A stretch of DNA of 64,000 nucleotides from Camelus dromedarius (GCF_036321535.1 NC_087436.1:48238001-48302000); one strand, 5' to 3'; shown: positions 39,233 through 52,185, counted from the first letter of the stretch. Numbers and translations are program-made. The notes: generated by a model not told the origin, from the sequence alone.

Positions 39233-39719
39233 AATCAGGGTTCTCCAGAGAAACAGAACCAATATAAGATATATAGATATGTGTAAGACAACATTTACTA
39301 TAGGAATTGGCTCACATGGTTATGGAAGCTGAGAAGTCCCACAGTCTGCCATCTGGAGAACTGGGGGAGCCAGTCATACAATTCAGTCCCAGTCTGAAGG
39401 CCTGAGTATCAGGGGGCTGATGGTATAGAGTCCTGGTCTGGGTCCAAAAGCCCTAGAACCAGGAGTACCAATGCCTAAGGACAGGAGAAGATGATGTCCC
39501 AGTTCAAGAAGAGACAGTAAATTGACTATTTTTCTATTCAGGCCCTCAATGGATTGGATGATGCCCACTAACATTAGTGAGGGTGATCTTCTTTACTCAG
39601 TCTACTGATTCAAAGCTAAATTCTACAGGAAACACCCTCACAGACACACCCAGAAATCATATTTTACCAGTTATCTGGGCATCACTTAGCCCAGTCAAGT
39701 TAATACATTAACCATCTCA
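39233..39719 (-). mobile_element. MLT2B-like ERVL solo LTR
   Basis: TCAGGGTTCTCCAGAGAAACAGAACCAATA...GGAATTGGCTCACATGGTTATGGAAGCTGAGAAGTCCCACA...CCCAGTCAAGTT...ATTAACCATC. Confidence 0.9.
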
Positions 39720-40024
39720 CCACACTTACATAATTCCCTAAGAAAGTTACATCTGTCTTAGTCTTCTTTTACTTTGAAATGACAACAAAAAAGTTATTGA
39801 AATAAACATTTATTGCGCATGGATGCTATAACATGCCTTAATGGTTTGTGTAATAGAAACTATCCTCTGCCTACAGAGAGATTAAAATCTTGTAAGGTAA
39901 ATGGGACATTACATAAGTAACTAGAAAACAAGATGGAATGTGACAAATAGTTAAAGAGTACCTAGTATATAAGCAGTCAGAAAGAGACAAGTAATAATAA
40001 TATCCAACAATTAAGAAGCACTTA

Positions 40025-40402
40025 GGAATCTAAAAAAGACAAACATGAACTTATTTACAAAACAGAAACAGACTCAAAGACATAGAAAACAAACTTATGG
40101 TTACCAGGAGGGAAGGGGATGGGAAGGGATAAATTGGGAGTTTGAGATTTGCAGACAACAACTACTATATATAAAACAGATAAAGAATGTTTCTACTGTA
40201 TAGCACAGGGAACTATATTCAATATCTTGTAGTAACCATAATGAAAAAGAATATAAAATGAACGTATGTATATATATGTACAACTGAAACTTTATGCTGT
40301 ACACCAGAAATTGACACATTGCAAACTGACTATACTTCCCTTTAAAAAAAAAACCCTAAGTTGTAAATAATGAAAATAAATGACATCAAAGTGGAAAAAA
40401 AA
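40025..40402 (+). mobile_element. Young L1 3' end with probable 3' transduction, inserted in a MIR
   Basis: L1 3'UTR 40025-40353; extra segment 40354-40394; TSD AAGAAGCACTTA at 40013-40024 and 40401-40412. Confidence 0.9.
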
Positions 40403-40580
40403 GAAGCACTTAATGTATGCCAAATGCTATTTTAAGTGGTTTATATCTGTTAATTCATTTAATCCTCACAACACACTAACACAGTTACTATTATCCCCAT
40501 TTTTTTCAGAGTCCACTGAGGCAAAGAGAGGTTTAGTAACATGCCTAAGGTCACACAGCTAAAAACTGGCAGAGCAGGAG
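40403..40580 (-). mobile_element. MIR (remainder at ~39990-40024)
   Basis: CATTTAATCCTCACAACA...ACTGAGGCAAAGAGAGGTTTAGTAACATGCCTAAGGTCACACAGCT. Confidence 0.88.
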
Positions 40581-40999
40581 AACAGAAAAATAAGAATTCA
40601 CTACATAAAACAAAGGAAAACTCACAAACTTTGAAGTTGAATTAGACACAATAAAGGGCCGGTTCTTTCAACCTCTAAAAATGTTAACACTAAGAATTTT
40701 CAAAAGTCTTTCAGCTTTTCATTTTCACAGATTAAACATAAAATTCCTCAAATACAACTGCTCCAGATTATGCACAATTTTTTAATTCAATTTTATTTTT
40801 CCATACTTTCATCTTTATTTTTGCAGTGGTATTGTTTGTTTGTTTGTTTTTACTTCTTTTCTTTAGAATCAGAAGTATTTCAGACAATGGGTAAAAGCAG
40901 ACTTTATAAGCCAGCCTGGAAATATAATAATCAGATTTCTAAAAACTAAATGAACATTTGAAACAACACCACTTTCTTTCAAATTGGGAATACCTCAAT

Positions 41000-41260
41000 A
41001 GATAGATGGATGTGTGTTCACTAGTATGTGCTGGGCACAGGGCTTGGTACTGAAGCATACAAAGATGAATTAAGCAAAAATTCTACCTTCTAGGGGTTTT
41101 TAATATTGCTTCTAATATAGATACACTCCTGTATGAGTTACCAGTATGTGAGAGGAAATAAGACAAGTAAATAATTATAATTTAAAATAAGTGAACTAAT
41201 GCCATTTGAGAAGCAAAATATTACCATGTCAATTGGGAGAAATTCTGTATTGGACATCAG
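41000..41260 (-). mobile_element. L2 3' fragment
   Basis: TAGTATGTGCTGGGCACAGGGCTTGGTACTGAAGCATACAAAGATGAATTAAG. Confidence 0.65.
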
Positions 41261-43209
41261 GTATCAGTGAAGAGCTTTGGATTCATGGTAACAAACTAAC
41301 AGCACACTTGAATGAAAACTGGAAATTAAGTGATTGACATTTATTACATTTAAGCAACAAGAATGAGGAAGTATCCCTCAAAACAAAATGAAACAAAACA
41401 AAACTAGCAGAAAGATGAAAAGACCACATACACACAGGAGAAATCTGTAGCACCATGCTTCAGCTTGGTAAAGAGTTTTGCCCCAGTTAAGGAAAAAGTG
41501 GTTGAGTATAAGGATCCAGCTCCTCATGCCTCCTGTTTCCTCCTATGTTATACATGTACCTAAGTATCTGCACACACACAATAAACAGCTTTAGAAAAAA
41601 AACCACATTTACTGTGTAAATAATAATTTTAAGTATATTTCTTTATCTTTGGAGATCAAAAATGCACACCTAGTAAAAGCACATCTTTCATATAACTTAT
41701 TTTTAAATTGGTATCTGAAGTGAAAACAATCATGATAACAGATTTTGAATGATCACATCTTGAAATTTAATGTTACATCATAAAGAAATTCCTATAGAGT
41801 AGTTAAAAATATTTTTTAGTAGACCTCAGTGGATTTTGTAGTTTCCATCAACTAATTATCTTAAGGAGAATTATTTCTGTCTCTTGTTTATTACCCTTTG
41901 AAGGAGCCAGTATATTGAGCTTGCAGATCACTTTCCATCTACTGTTTCTCATTTATAATTTCATATGAGAGATTATTTTTTCCTTGTTTATCGGGTTAAA
42001 CATCACTAAAAAATGTAATTTTAAACTAACCCTTAGGAGATAACATGAGCATTATAGAAATCTTGTGATTTAGAAGCCAAATAAATTTAATCAGAATCGC
42101 ATTTTAAATCAAGAATTAACAGGAGTCTATCCCACCACCAAAGCTAGCATATTTTAAGTCTGCTTCCTTGGATATTATCATTATTTAAAATTGTGGGAAC
42201 TCAAATATGAAAGTGACTGTGCACTTCTAAATTAAGTCACTCTGAATCAAATTAAATTCAAGTATGCTCTGGTTACAAGTTGTACCTGCGATTTTAAACA
42301 AGAATGGAATAACTTTAGAGGTGTTACATTTCATTAAACTTCTAACAGCTTTCCCTCCCAATTTTGAGAGCAATGAAAACTTTTCCTTTCTTTTAAAGTC
42401 TTTGTTTTTCAAAGGAAATTTGACTTTGAACACTTTTCTGGGTAAATAGAAGCTTGTTTAAACAAACATCAAAAGTTATTCTGAGGAATTTGGGGAATAA
42501 ATTTCTTTTAATGCAGCATTTAAGAGTTGGAACTCTGTGATAGCCATAAAGAATGAGGAGCTTGAAGGATTTTGGTTCTTAATTTATAGTTCATAATTTT
42601 CTATTGGATTCTAAATTTAAGACAGTGGTTTCTCCCTTTTGTAACTTTAAGATATCTTGGTAAATTCTTTCTGGATGGAACTCCACTCCATAACATTTAA
42701 AATGAATGTAATCATAATACTATGGATACTTGGCTGCTATTTTCATACAGATTTATTTCCAGAAAGTGTTTTAAGAAGGACTGAAAAACAATGGGACTTT
42801 AAATTACAATTCAATTACACTATTGAGACTTAAAGAAAAATTCAGAGTGAGTAATTTTTCCCTTGGATATAAAGGACGTATTTAGGAAAATGCAATAATT
42901 AGTGAAACCACCATTTAGTAGTTTCTGTTCCCCTTGAGATGTTTCCTGACTTTCTTTAGTACAGGATTTATTGATTTATTTTGCCACTACAAAACTAAAA
43001 ATAGATTTATTTATGTGATTAATGATCTACTAAATTATATATAACCATGATTTCTCAAAATGATCTCTTTAGTAGAAACACAGAATATACAAAAAGATTC
43101 TTCCCTGTAAGAACTAGATATGGAATATCTTTTTCACTATTCTGCTTAAAAAACATAAAATATACTTCCAAAAGTACTTCTTTGGCAAGACTCAGAACTA
43201 TATTTTCCA

Positions 43210-45550
43210 AATTTTACTTTTTGGGTTGAAGCATAACATCCATTCATACTCTAAAGTGCACAAATGCTAAGTGTACCAGTTTTTATACTGATCACTTGTA
43301 ACCACCATTCGGATCAAAATACAACATTATTAGCACCTTTATCCCCTCAGTGGTTATCACCACCACCTTCTAAGGTAAGAACTTTCAGTGTCTGAATTTT
43401 ATCATTGAACGTTATTTGTGAGATTCTTTCTGGATGGAAATCCACTCCATAACATTTAAAATGAATGTAATCATAACACTACTATTATCTTTATTATTTT
43501 ACCCGTGTTCCATGCCTAGAAATTAATTATTGTCCCATGCCATGTTCATGCACTGTACAAATACACCACAGTTTATCAATCAATTGTAATTTTGATGGAC
43601 ATTTGAATCAGTTTGAGTACTAAGCCAGTTTAAATCATGTTGTCATGAATGTTTTTGAATGTTGGTGCAAATATGTGTTCATTTCTATGTATATAGACCT
43701 AGAAGTGGAAATGGTGAGTCATAGGATATATGTAAGTTTAACTTTACCAGATGCTGCCAAACATATTTTCACAAATGACTTTTAAAGCAGTGTATGAAAT
43801 ATACAATACTTCATATTATTGCCAATGCTTGTTTTATTTATATATATTTTAAATGTTATGGAGTGGATTTCCAGCCAGAAAATTAAATACATATATATAT
43901 ATATATATGATTTTTATACCATTCTGGTGGCTTGTAGTTGTATGTTATAGGATTTTTAAAATTTGCTTTTGCCTGATAAATAATGATGCTGAGCATCTTT
44001 TCATGTATATATTTTATATATGGATTTTTGGTGAGATTTCTATTAAAATGTCATGCCCATTAAATTTATCCGTTATTTTGTATGTATTTGTATAATTTAT
44101 ATACATAAAGGAAATGAATTTTTTGTTAAATATATTCACTTATCTTCTCAATTACATGACTTGTTTTTTTTTCTCTCATTCATATCTTTTGATAAATAAA
44201 ATTTGGTAATTTTGAGGAAGTCCAACGGATCACTCTTTCCTTCACTGTTTTATGTTTCTTTCACTATCATTGTACTATTTAAGAAGCCCTTGCCTCCTCT
44301 CAAAGTCATGATGATATTATCCTGTATTAACTCTTTTGTTTCACCTTTTATATTTTGATGTATGCTGTGAGGTCTGTGATCAAATTTCATTATTTTATGA
44401 ATATACAATTAATTCAGTACCTTTTATTTTAAAAAAATCTTTTCTCTTAACACATTGCAATAGCACTTTTATTGTAAATCAGATGTATATGTAAATGTTT
44501 TATGCTCCCTGCTCCATTGTTCTATATATTTATTATTGTCTCAATACCATACTGTCTTAATTGCCACAGCTTTAAAATAAATCTTGACATCTAGGAATTC
44601 AAATTTTCAACTTTAATTCTTCGTTTTTCAAGATCATCTTGGCTATTCTTGCCCCTTTGTATGTCCACAAAAGTTTTAGAATCATCTTATTGACTTCTCT
44701 CAAAACACCTTGCCAGCATTTTATTCAGATTACATTGAATCTATGGATCTGTTGGGGAAAACTGACATCTATACAACATTGACTTTTTGAATCTGCTCGG
44801 TTGTGTATTGCTATATACAAATCACCCCAAATCAGTAACTTAAAACAATAACGATCATTTCTTTTCCTTACAAATCTGGGAACTGACTGGGCTGAGCCAG
44901 AATTCTCATTCTGGTTTTCAGTCAGACAGTAGCTGGAGCAAGAGTCATTCGCTCAAAGGCTTCTTCACTCCATGTCTAGTGCCTGCGTTGGGAGGACACA
45001 AACAAGTGAAGAAATAAACAGCTGTTACGGTCCCCTGTGCATCTCTTCCCATCGCTCTGTGTTTGTCTTCTACTTTATTAACTTCCTTTTTTTTATTTTC
45101 TACTTTATTAACTTCTGACTTCATCATTATTTTCCTCATTCTACTTTTTTGGTTTTAATTTGCTTTTCTTTTTCATACTGAGATATAGGCTTATATAATT
45201 GATTTTTCAGTATTTTTCTTTTCTAATAAATGCAATGAAGTCTGTAAGTCCCACTGAATACTTTAGCTATATTCCACAATTTTTGATATATCATATTCTC
45301 ACCACTGTTGGTCTAATATATTTTCATTTCTATATTGATTTTTTTTCCATCTGTGGTTATTGAAAAGGGTTTTGACTAATTTCCAAACATTCCTGGATTT
45401 TCTAGTTAATCTTTTAAATGTATTTCTAGTTTAATTCCATTGAGTAAGAGAAGATAATTTTTAGAATTTCAATACTTTGAAATTTATTGGGATTTCTTCT
45501 ACAAAGCAGCATATGGGTTATTTTGGTAAATGTTCCATGTACACTAGAAA
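43210..45550 (-). mobile_element. Old L1ME-type element, fragmented, with an MLT1 piece at ~44790-45060
   Basis: AAAGTGCACAAATGCTAAGTGTAC, TAGACCTAGAAGTGGAAATGG, GATGCTGAGCATCTTTTCATG; MLT1 start TATTGCTATATACAAATCACCCCAAATCAGTAACTTAAAACAATAA. Confidence 0.8.
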
Positions 45551-45559
45551 ATAATTCTC

Positions 45560-46250
45560 CCAATGACTGTTATTACTTTAATAATGGGGAAATATTTAAT
45601 AAAAAGGAAATGTCAGAACTGAAAAGAAAAATAACCAAAATTAATTTAATTGATGGATTTAACAACAGATGACAGTGAAGAAGAGAGGATTTTTGAATGG
45701 AAAAATAGAAAAGTAAAAAATATCCAGATTGAAGGGGAAAAGAGAGGAAGGACAAAAATATATAAAAAGAGATATATTGTGCATAGTAAAAATGTCTAAC
45801 ATATATGTAATTGGACTACCAGAATAAGAGGAAGAAAAAAAATGAAGTGAAAGCAATACTCAAAGAGATACAGCACAATAAATTTTGGAAATTTTAAGAA
45901 GCCATCAAGTCACAAATTTTCTAGGCTCTATGAGCATCAAATAAGAAAAAGAAAAGAAAATCTTACCTAGGAACGTCATAGTAAAAATGCTGAAAACTAA
46001 ATTCTAAAAGAACCTTAAAATCAGCTAGAGAAAAACACACACATTGCTTTCAAAGGAGAAAAAAAATACTTTTCAACAAAAACAATGGAAGTTATGAGTT
46101 GAGTATATCAAAATGAAAGAAAGCAATTTCCAACACAGATTTCTATACATAGCAAAAATGCCATCCAAAATTTAAGGTGAGAAAAATATTTACACACAAA
46201 AAAGAAAAAAAAGACTGAGCAAACTTATTACTAGCAATTTTCATTAATTC
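45560..46250 (+). mobile_element. L1 ORF1-region fragment, degenerate
   Basis: A-rich GATGGATTTAACAACAGA, TCTAACATATATGTAATTGGACTACCAGAA, CCTAGGAACGTCATAGTAAAAATGCTGAAAAC. Confidence 0.75.
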
Positions 46251-46479
46251 AGGGTAATGGTAAGTCCTTCCCTTAACTCTTAATAGCAGAAAACATCATA
46301 CATATTAGAGTTCCCTGTACTTAAAAAGTCCTGGGTGCCTTTTCCCCAACATGGACTCCAACATTCTACCATGTTACCCAACCTTCTTTCATTTTTCTCT
46401 CTAATTTCTGTTGTCCTCCAAACCAGATTCCAGATTACTGTTTGTATGTTTGTTTAATTGTTATTTTATGAGGAAGGGT

Positions 46480-48390
46480 TTTTTTTTTCTTGTTTATTCT
46501 TTTGGATATTCTATATAGACAATCATGTTATTTGCAAACAATTTTATTTCTTACTTTTCAATATGTATACCTTTTATTTCCTTTTCTGGTTTCATTGTAT
46601 TAGCTAAGGATTCCAGTATAATGTTGAAAAGGTGAGAGGGAACATGCTTGCCTTGTTCCTGATCTCAGCAGAAAATCTTCGAGTTTCCCACCATTAAGTT
46701 TATGATGTTGGCTGAAGGATTTTGTAAATTTTTAAAAACTCAAGTTGAGGAAGTTTCTTTTATTCCTGGTGTGCTGAGAGTTTTTATCATAAAGAGTGTT
46801 GGATTTTGTCAAATGCATTTTCTGCATCTATTGCTATGATCATGTGATTTTGCTTCTTTAGACTGTGGATGTGATGGATTACGTTATTAGATTTTTGAAT
46901 GTCAAACCAGCATTGCACATCTGGAATAAATCCACATAGTCACACTGTATAATTCTTTTTATTTTATACATTCTTGAATTTGATGTGCTAATATTTTAAT
47001 GGTTTTTGCATCTATGTTCATGAGAGATATTGACCTCTAGATTTCTTTTCTTTTGGTATTAGGATAATGTTAGTTTCATGAAATGAGTTAGGAAGAAGTC
47101 CTTCTGCTTCTATTTCCTAGAAGAGATTGTAGAGAAATGGTATAATTTCTTCCTTAAATATTTGGTAGAATTTGCCAAGTGTTTGGTAGAATGGGCCTGG
47201 TGCTTCTGTTTTGGAAGGTTATTAATTAATGGTTCAATTTATTAATAGATAAAGACTTATTAGATTGTCTGTTTCTTCTTGTGTAAGCTTTGGCAAATAT
47301 TTTTTTGTGTCTTCTAAGGAATTAGTCCATTTCACCCAGGTTATTAAATTTGTGGGTATAGAGTTATTCATAGCATTCTTTTATTATCCTTTTGATGTCT
47401 TTGGGAGCTGTAATGATGTCCCTTCTTTCATTTCTGATGTTAGTAACTTATGTCTTCTCTCTTCTTTTTTTAATTTCATTAATTTATGCTCCAGTTTTTA
47501 TTATTTCTTTTCTTCTGCTTACTTTGGAATTAATTTGTCCTTTTCTCCAGTTTCCCAAGGTAGAAGTTTAGGTTTTTGATTTTAGATCCTCCTTCTTTTC
47601 TAATATATATATATTCCATTCTATAGATTTCTCTTAAGCACTGCTTTTACTGCATCCCACAGATTTTAATAAATGTTTTCATTCTCACATAGTTCAACAT
47701 ATTTAAAATTTTACCTTGAGATTTATTCTTTGACCCATGGTTATTTGGAAGTCTGTTGTTTAACCTCCATATACTTTAAGGTTTTCCAGCTAGCTTCCTG
47801 TTATTGGTTTCTAGTTTAATTCCATTGTTGTCTCAGAGAAGTAATTATACAATTTTTATTCTTTTAAATTTGTTAATGTACATTTTATGGTTCAGACATA
47901 GTCTGTCTTGGTGAATGTTTCAGGTGAACTTGAGAAGAATTTATATTCTGACTGTTGTTGGCTGAAATATTTATTTATTATTTTAAAAAATATTTTTATT
48001 AAAGTATAGTCAGTTTATAATGTGTCAATTTCTGGTGTACAACACAATGTTTCAGTCATATGGGAACATACATATATTTGTTTTCATATTCTTTTTCACC
48101 ATAAGTTACTACAAGATATTGAATATAGTTCCCTGTGCTATATACAGTATAAACTTGTCATTTATTTTATATATATTAGTATCTGAAAATCTCAAAATAT
48201 TCTATTGATGTCAATTATACAATTATGCTGTTGAGTTCAGTTACACCCTTATTGACTTTTTGCCTGTTGGATCTGTCCATATCTGACAGACGGGTGTTAA
48301 AGTCTCCAAGTTATAATAGTGGATTTATCTATTATTTCTTGCACTATGAGTTTTTGAATCAAGTAGTTTGATGTGTTGTTGTTAGGCACA
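46480..48390 (-). mobile_element. L1 ORF2 fragment
   Basis: GGATTTTGTCAAATGCATTTTCTGCATCTATTG, TTTGCATCTATGTTCATGAGAGATATTG, GGTGTTAAAGTCTCCAAGTTATAATAGTGG. Confidence 0.9.
47972..48194 (-). mobile_element. Young L1 3' end inserted in the older L1
   Basis: AAGTATAGTCAGTTTATAATGTGTCAATTTCTGGTGTACA; flanking AAATATT at 47965-47971 and 48195-48201. Confidence 0.85.
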
Positions 48391-48750
48391 CACTAGCAGT
48401 GAACAACTGGAATTTTAAATTAAAAACACATTACCACTTACATTAGCACCCTCCAAAGTGATATAATTAGACATAAATCTAACAAATTATGCACAAGATT
48501 TATATGAAAGAACTATAGAATTCTAACGAAAGATATCAAATAAATAAATGGAGAAATATTTCAAGTTGAGAGATAGGAAAACCCAATCTTTTCAAGATGT
48601 TAGGACTTTTTCCACCTTGATCTATAGATTCAATGCAATCCCAGTAGAAATCCGAACAAGTTACTTTGTGATTATTGTTAAACTGATTCTAAAGTTTATA
48701 TAGAGAAGCAAAACACCCAGAATAGCTAACAATATTCAAGGAGAAGGAAA
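48391..48750 (+). mobile_element. L1 ORF2 fragment
   Basis: TTGATCTATAGATTCAATGCAATCCCAGT, CTGATTCTAAAGTTTATATAGAGAAGCAAAACACCCAGAATAGC. Confidence 0.85.
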
Positions 48751-48764
48751 AAATGCTTTATTCT

Positions 48765-49187
48765 GTCAATCTTTCTCCCAGCCTTCCCCAATGAGACCAA
48801 TAGCCTTTTATCAGTGTAACTGCACATTGAGGAAAAGAGAATAATAAGATTTTGGGGGACTACAGGACACTGGCTGTGAAATGACACTAACTACAGGAGA
48901 CCCAAAATATCACTGTGGTCTATCAATCAAAGTCTAGGGTTACAGAGGTCAGTTCAACAACTGTATTTTAGCTCAGGTCCATCTCTTAATGAGTTCAATG
49001 GGTCCCCAGACCCATTTGGTTTATTTCCCCAGTTCCAGAATGCATTATTGGAATTGACATACTTAACTGGCAGAATTCCCATATTAGTTCCCTGACCTGT
49101 GAAGTGAGTGCTATTATGATGGGAAAGGCCAAGTGGAAGCCATCAGAACTACCTTTACCTAGGAAAATGGTAAACCAAAAGCAGTAT
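48765..49187 (+). mobile_element. ERV-L internal fragment (protease / start of pol), degenerate
   Basis: GACACTGGC encodes the DTG protease motif; ORF AIMMGKAKWKPSELPLPRKMVNQKQY resembles ERV-L Pol. Confidence 0.85.
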
Positions 49188-49640
49188 CAACCCCATCCAA
49201 ACTCCTCAGCAACCACTAATCTACTTTTTGTCTCTATGGATTTCTCTATTCTGAGCATTTCATATGAATGGAATTATATAATATATGGTCTTTTGTGACT
49301 GATTTCTTTCACTGAGCATACTGTTTTAAAAGTTCATCCATTTTGTGCATATGTCATTATTTCATTTCTTTTTTTAGGCCAAATAATGTTCCATTGGATC
49401 ACATTTTGTTTATCCATTCATTAATTTATGGGGATTTGGGTTGATTTCATATTTTAACTATTATGAATAGTTCTGTTATAAACACTTTTGTGCAACTGTT
49501 TATGTAGACATGTTTTAATTTCTCTCAATAAAGTTTATACCTAGAAGTGAAATTGCAAGGTCTTAAGATAAATCTATGTTTAGTTGTTGAAGGAGCCACC
49601 AGACTTTTTCAAAGTGGTTGCACCATTTTGATTTCCTACA
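49188..49640 (-). mobile_element. L1MB-type 3'UTR fragment
   Basis: CAGCAACCACTAATCTACTTTTTGTCTCTATGGATT...CAGACTTTTTCAAAGTGGTTGCACCATTTTG. Confidence 0.85.
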
Positions 49641-49649
49641 GGGAATGGT

Positions 49650-51175
49650 ATCTTAGTTACCACCAAAAGTATACTCCATAAAAGTAAATTGGACTTACTC
49701 AAAATTAAGAATTTCTGCTCTTTAAAAGATACTGCTAAGAAAACTGAAAGACTACACTGCAAGATAATATTTGTAAATCACATAAAGAACTTGTTTTAAA
49801 ATATATGACAAACTATCAAAACTCAACAATAAGAAAGCAAACACCCCAATTTTAAAATGGGGAAATGATTTGAACACACACTTTACAAGAGAAGATACAT
49901 GGTGTCAAATAAGTACATGAAAAGATATTCAAAGCTGTTAGTCATTTTAAAAAGTGCAAATTAAAACCACAGTGAGATACCACTACATATCTATTAAAAT
50001 ATCTAAAATTTAAAAAGATTGATCATACCAAGTATCTTAATCTGCTCAGGCCTCCATATACTGGGTGGTTATAAACAAAAATTTATTTTCTCACAGTTCT
50101 GGAGGCTAGAAATCTGAGATCAGGCTGCCAGTATATCCTGGTTCTGGTGAGGGTCTCTTCCTGGCTCACAGATGGCTTCCTTCTTATGTCCTCATTTGGA
50201 GGGGGCAAGGAGAAAGCACAAAAAGCTCTCCAGTGTCTCTTCTTATAAGGGCACTAATCCCATCATGAAGGTTTCACCCTCATTATCTCACTGAAATTTA
50301 ATAATCTCCCAAAGGTCCCACCTCAAAATATCATCACACTGAGCTTGAACAATGAATTTTGGTAGGACACAATTCAGTCCATAGTATAAGTGTTGAAAAA
50401 GGTGAGAAACAACTTAAACTCTTACAGCTGGTAAGGATATAAAATGGTACTATCACTTTGGGAAAAGTATGGCTGTGTCTTAAAAAGTAAAAAAATCTTT
50501 CTGTGTATGTGTACACAAGTCATTTCTAGGTATTTCAGGAGAATGAAAGCAAGTATCCATACAAATAGTTATACATGAAGTTTATAGTAATTTTATTTGT
50601 AATAGCTAAAAAATAAAAACAACCAAAATGTTATCAACAGATATATCACAATATGGTATAACTACATGTTGAAGTACTGCTCAGCAATGATTATTTGCTG
50701 CATATATATATACACACACATACATACACACACACACATATATATATACTATATATACACACACACACATAAACAACCATTCTTTGCATCTTGATCTTGT
50801 ATAAACTCACTTATTATTAAATGAACTGCTGATACACACAAAATTGATATCTCCAATGTTGAGCTGAGTAAAAAAAAGCAAGGCAAAGGAGAGTGCATGT
50901 TTTTTGATTCCATTCACATCAACTTCAAAAACATGTTAACTGCTCTGTAGTGATCGACATTAGAACTACCCACAGAAGGGAATGGGGCACAAAGGAGCAG
51001 GAGGCAGGGAATGAAAAGGGGCACAAAGAACTTTCAGGATGATAGATATATTCATTGTTGTGATTGCAGTGGTGGTTTTATGAGTTTATACAGTTGTGAA
51101 AACTTCTCATGTTGTATACTTTAAATATGTGCAATTGATCATATGTCAACTGGACCTGAATAAAGGTATTTTAAA
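49650..51175 (+). mobile_element. L1MC/MD-type 3' end interrupted by MLT1A and a TA/CA microsatellite (~50700-50770)
   Basis: GCAAATTAAAACCACAGTGAGATACCACTACA...GTTGTATACTTTAAATATGTGCAATT...GAATAAAG. Confidence 0.85.
50033..50386 (-). mobile_element. MLT1A/B MaLR solo LTR
   Basis: AATTTATTTTCTCACAGTTCTGGAGGCTAGAAATCTGAGATCAGG...CTCTTCTTATAAGGGCACTAATCCCATCATGA...GGACACAATTCAGTCCATAG; flanks CAAG/TAAG. Confidence 0.9.
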
Positions 51176-51447
51176 ATGTTTTACATATACAGACACTTTA
51201 AACCATTTTTTCCAGCTCTCTTCATTTTGATTGCCTTTCAAAACAGAACTCACACAAAAAAGGAACCACCACTATTTACCAGCAACAAGAATAAATGGAA
51301 TGAGAGTGTATGGTGAGCCCAAGTATAAGAATGACCTATATCTAATATTTCAGTGTTTTGAACTTAAACAAAATCTTAAGTCTGGCAAGATCAAACGACA
51401 GTACTAACACAGACATCATAAAGCTTTTAAAGCTTCTGGTACATTGT

Positions 51448-51473
51448 GAGGGAGGGTATAGCTCAGCGGTAGA
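51448..51473 (+). mobile_element. Isolated 5' head of the Vic-1-like SINE
   Basis: GAGGGAGGGTATAGCTCAGCGGTAGA is nearly identical to the head of the SINE at 10821-10988. Confidence 0.75.
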
Positions 51474-51964
51474 TCAATAAAATACTTACACTGACTCATT
51501 TGAATAGGGAATGGGATATTGAACAAGAAATAAAAGACAAAATTTCCAATTATAATTGGGCCAATTTTCAGTCTTGGATTAAGTTATTCATTCGGCCTAT
51601 ATTAGTTTCATCTTCACTGAAATAAACTCTTAGACTTCAAAATTCTCTTTGGTCCAGGAAAGGACAATAAGCCACAACCCTCCCCTCACAGATCTCCCCA
51701 ATACTTATTAGTACTTCATGTATGACCACAGTACCAGAAAATAAATATCCAATGTAATATATAACTCAATACTGGCAGTGACCATGTCAAGAAAGCTAGG
51801 TAATTTTTTTAAGTATTTATGTTTACTGTTTTGTGATTGAGGTAAATTTTGGTATGTAACTGGATCAGATAATTATCCATATATATCAGCTAGACAGCCG
51901 AAATGATTGATATGTCTCCACTAAGCTCCTAGTATATGTGATCATACAGTCAATTAAAGAAGCC

Positions 51965-52185
51965 AAGAGGCAGTAAGAAGAGATTTAAACTTTGAGTCAC
52001 AGAATACAAAGTTGTGTTCTGATTCTGATTCTAATTTTGTGACCTTGAAAAATCAGTTTTCAAAAGTCTCAGTTTTCTTGCCTGAGAAATAGAAATGATA
52101 AACAACTATATTATAATCATTGTGTATATTTAATGAGGCAATGTGCACATAAAGTGGTTTTTAAACAACAAATCACCATGCATAC
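51965..52185 (+). mobile_element. MIR
   Basis: CTTTGAGTCACAGA...TGTGACCTTGAAAAATC...GTCTCAGTTTTCTTGCCTGAGAAATAGAAATGATAA. Confidence 0.75.

Noticed and set aside
41378..41527. 49-aa minus-strand sORF MRSWILILNHFF...FLLVLFCFILF resembling a transmembrane micropeptide; overlapping exon candidate 41567-41432
   Set aside because: Part of the hydrophobic tail comes from an (AAAAC)n tract, there is no match to micropeptides I know, and the acceptor is a weak GT-repeat tract.
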